Assembly (NCBI RefSeq): GCF_000143415.4
Contig: NW_003314269.1
Coordinates: 3,279,060 to 3,343,059, forward strand
Length of the DNA: 64,000 nt
Reading direction: 5' to 3'
Source: Selaginella moellendorffii
Taxonomy: Eukaryota > Plantae > Lycopodiophyta
The notes beneath the pieces are model-generated. The model had not been told where the DNA came from. It searched no databases and worked only from the letters and a program-made list of their open reading frames with translations. The position numbers and the translations under genes were made by a program. Positions 62,901 to 64,000 of the stretch are shown here, in pieces; positions within the stretch are counted from its first letter, which is position 1, and every line of letters starts with the position of its first letter.

Positions 62901-64000
62901 AGGGCTCCTCGATTCGTTTCTTGCATGGGACCAACTATCTCTTATGGAGCTTGATGACACAGTCACTCCAGACTAGGCCCATCTTTTGCAGGACATAGCT
63001 AAACTCAACCCTCCTTAGCAACTATCTGAGGTGTGATACAGCCAGCATCTTCGTACTAAAATTGCAGTAGCTGATGACTCCAAGAATATTTCATCATGCC
63101 GTTTCTTGGAGATGGAGGATGACATCCAGACACAGAACTGGCAGAAAGAATCAAGCCAATCGGACATGCTGCATGCAAGTTATACTTCTTTGAGTATAGA
63201 ATTTCCTACTGTGGAGCCCCTGGTATTCCAACCACTAGAATGACAACTTCCTTTTGGAATTTACATCATGACGGGCGTGGTGGCTTTTGGACTACGTCTT
63301 TGCCAACATTCACAGCTTAGCAAGCCACCACATGCAACATATTATGCCTCACATTTGTTTGAGAAGACTGGACAGAAGTACATGGATGCGGAAAAAGAAG
63401 TGGTGGCTGTTGTTTATACCTTGGAGCGATTTCATCACTTTTTTGCTGGAGCCTATATCCATTCCCATGTTTGTTTTACTGTGCTAACCTTTCTTTTACA
63501 GTGATTGGTTCACAGTCCTTGTACTTTATCTTGGATTGTGACCATCCAAGAGTTCCAACCAACTTTTCACATGCAGCAGAAATGTGTGATGCATCTTCTC
63601 CAACAGCTGCAGGTCAAGCACGTGAAGAGCAGTAGCTATTATCCTGAGTGCAATGGCCAGGCAAAGTCTAGCAATAAGATATTGAAGACATTCATCTCAA
63701 TGCTTGTGAAGGATCACCCAAGGCGTTGGCACGAACACTTGGTTACGGCGTTGTGGGCTTTTCGAACATCCTTCAAGATATCCATCTCTGCAACCCCATT
63801 CTCCCTCGTCTATGGGACAGAGGCCATGCTTCCAGTGGAGATCCAGGTGCCATCACTCTCACTTTCACTTCGATACACAGCAGCGATGCAGCTTAGCGAT
63901 GAGGACAAGCTTCATGCACATGACTTGGAGGTTTTTGCCTTGGAAGAATAGCAATGATCCATGACTACACATCTCCTTCGGGGCAAGCAAAAGATCAAGT
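59921..64000 (+). mobile_element. Degenerate, internally deleted Ty3/Gypsy element (LTR end, PBS, gag, protease, RNase H, integrase)
   Basis: LTR end ...cgtgcgaca followed by aat-tggcaccc; gag PTFSG...FLQSLEGKAAIW; knuckle WCTHCKMNTH; protease ALVDSGS; RNase H YYAS...EKEVVAVVYTLERFHHF; integrase YYPECNGQAK...LWAFRT...TPFSLVYG. No room for RT. Confidence 0.85.

Overview
Plant nuclear DNA. The compact genes, tiny introns (about 40-100 bp) and very short intergenic gaps suggest a lycophyte such as Selaginella (inference). Region 1-7 kb is AT-rich repeat debris: a PPR pseudogene and a degenerate Gypsy pol interrupted by a 1.64-kb solo LTR with a CTTGA target-site duplication. Region 7-33 kb is a dense gene island: a 358-bp-arm inverted repeat, CYP716-like P450, SUV2/ATRIP, CUC/NAM-like NAC, mitochondrial mS35, DnaJ-type Zn finger, LPP-gamma, a second NAC, CYBDOM, TLC protein, NADKc-like kinase, NINJA/AFP and a secreted Pro-rich repeat protein. 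The standout is a 13.7-kb cut-and-paste DNA transposon at 34765-48475. It has 24-bp TIRs and a TGTA TSD, supported by an empty-site paralog at 55726. It encodes a Sola-like DDD transposase and, divergently, a multi-exon cargo gene that by eye carries a ParB-like domain, a degenerate beta-class amino-methyltransferase fold, an acidic linker and possibly an FCP1-like phosphatase. About 30 copies of a 22-bp spaced palindrome, ATGGCRTG-N6-CAYGCCAT, are confined to the element, many inside its tiny introns. This is a candidate ParB/parS-like self-recognition or anti-silencing system. Region 48.8-64 kb is nested, decayed LTR retroelements. All domain calls are from motif recognition, not database searches.
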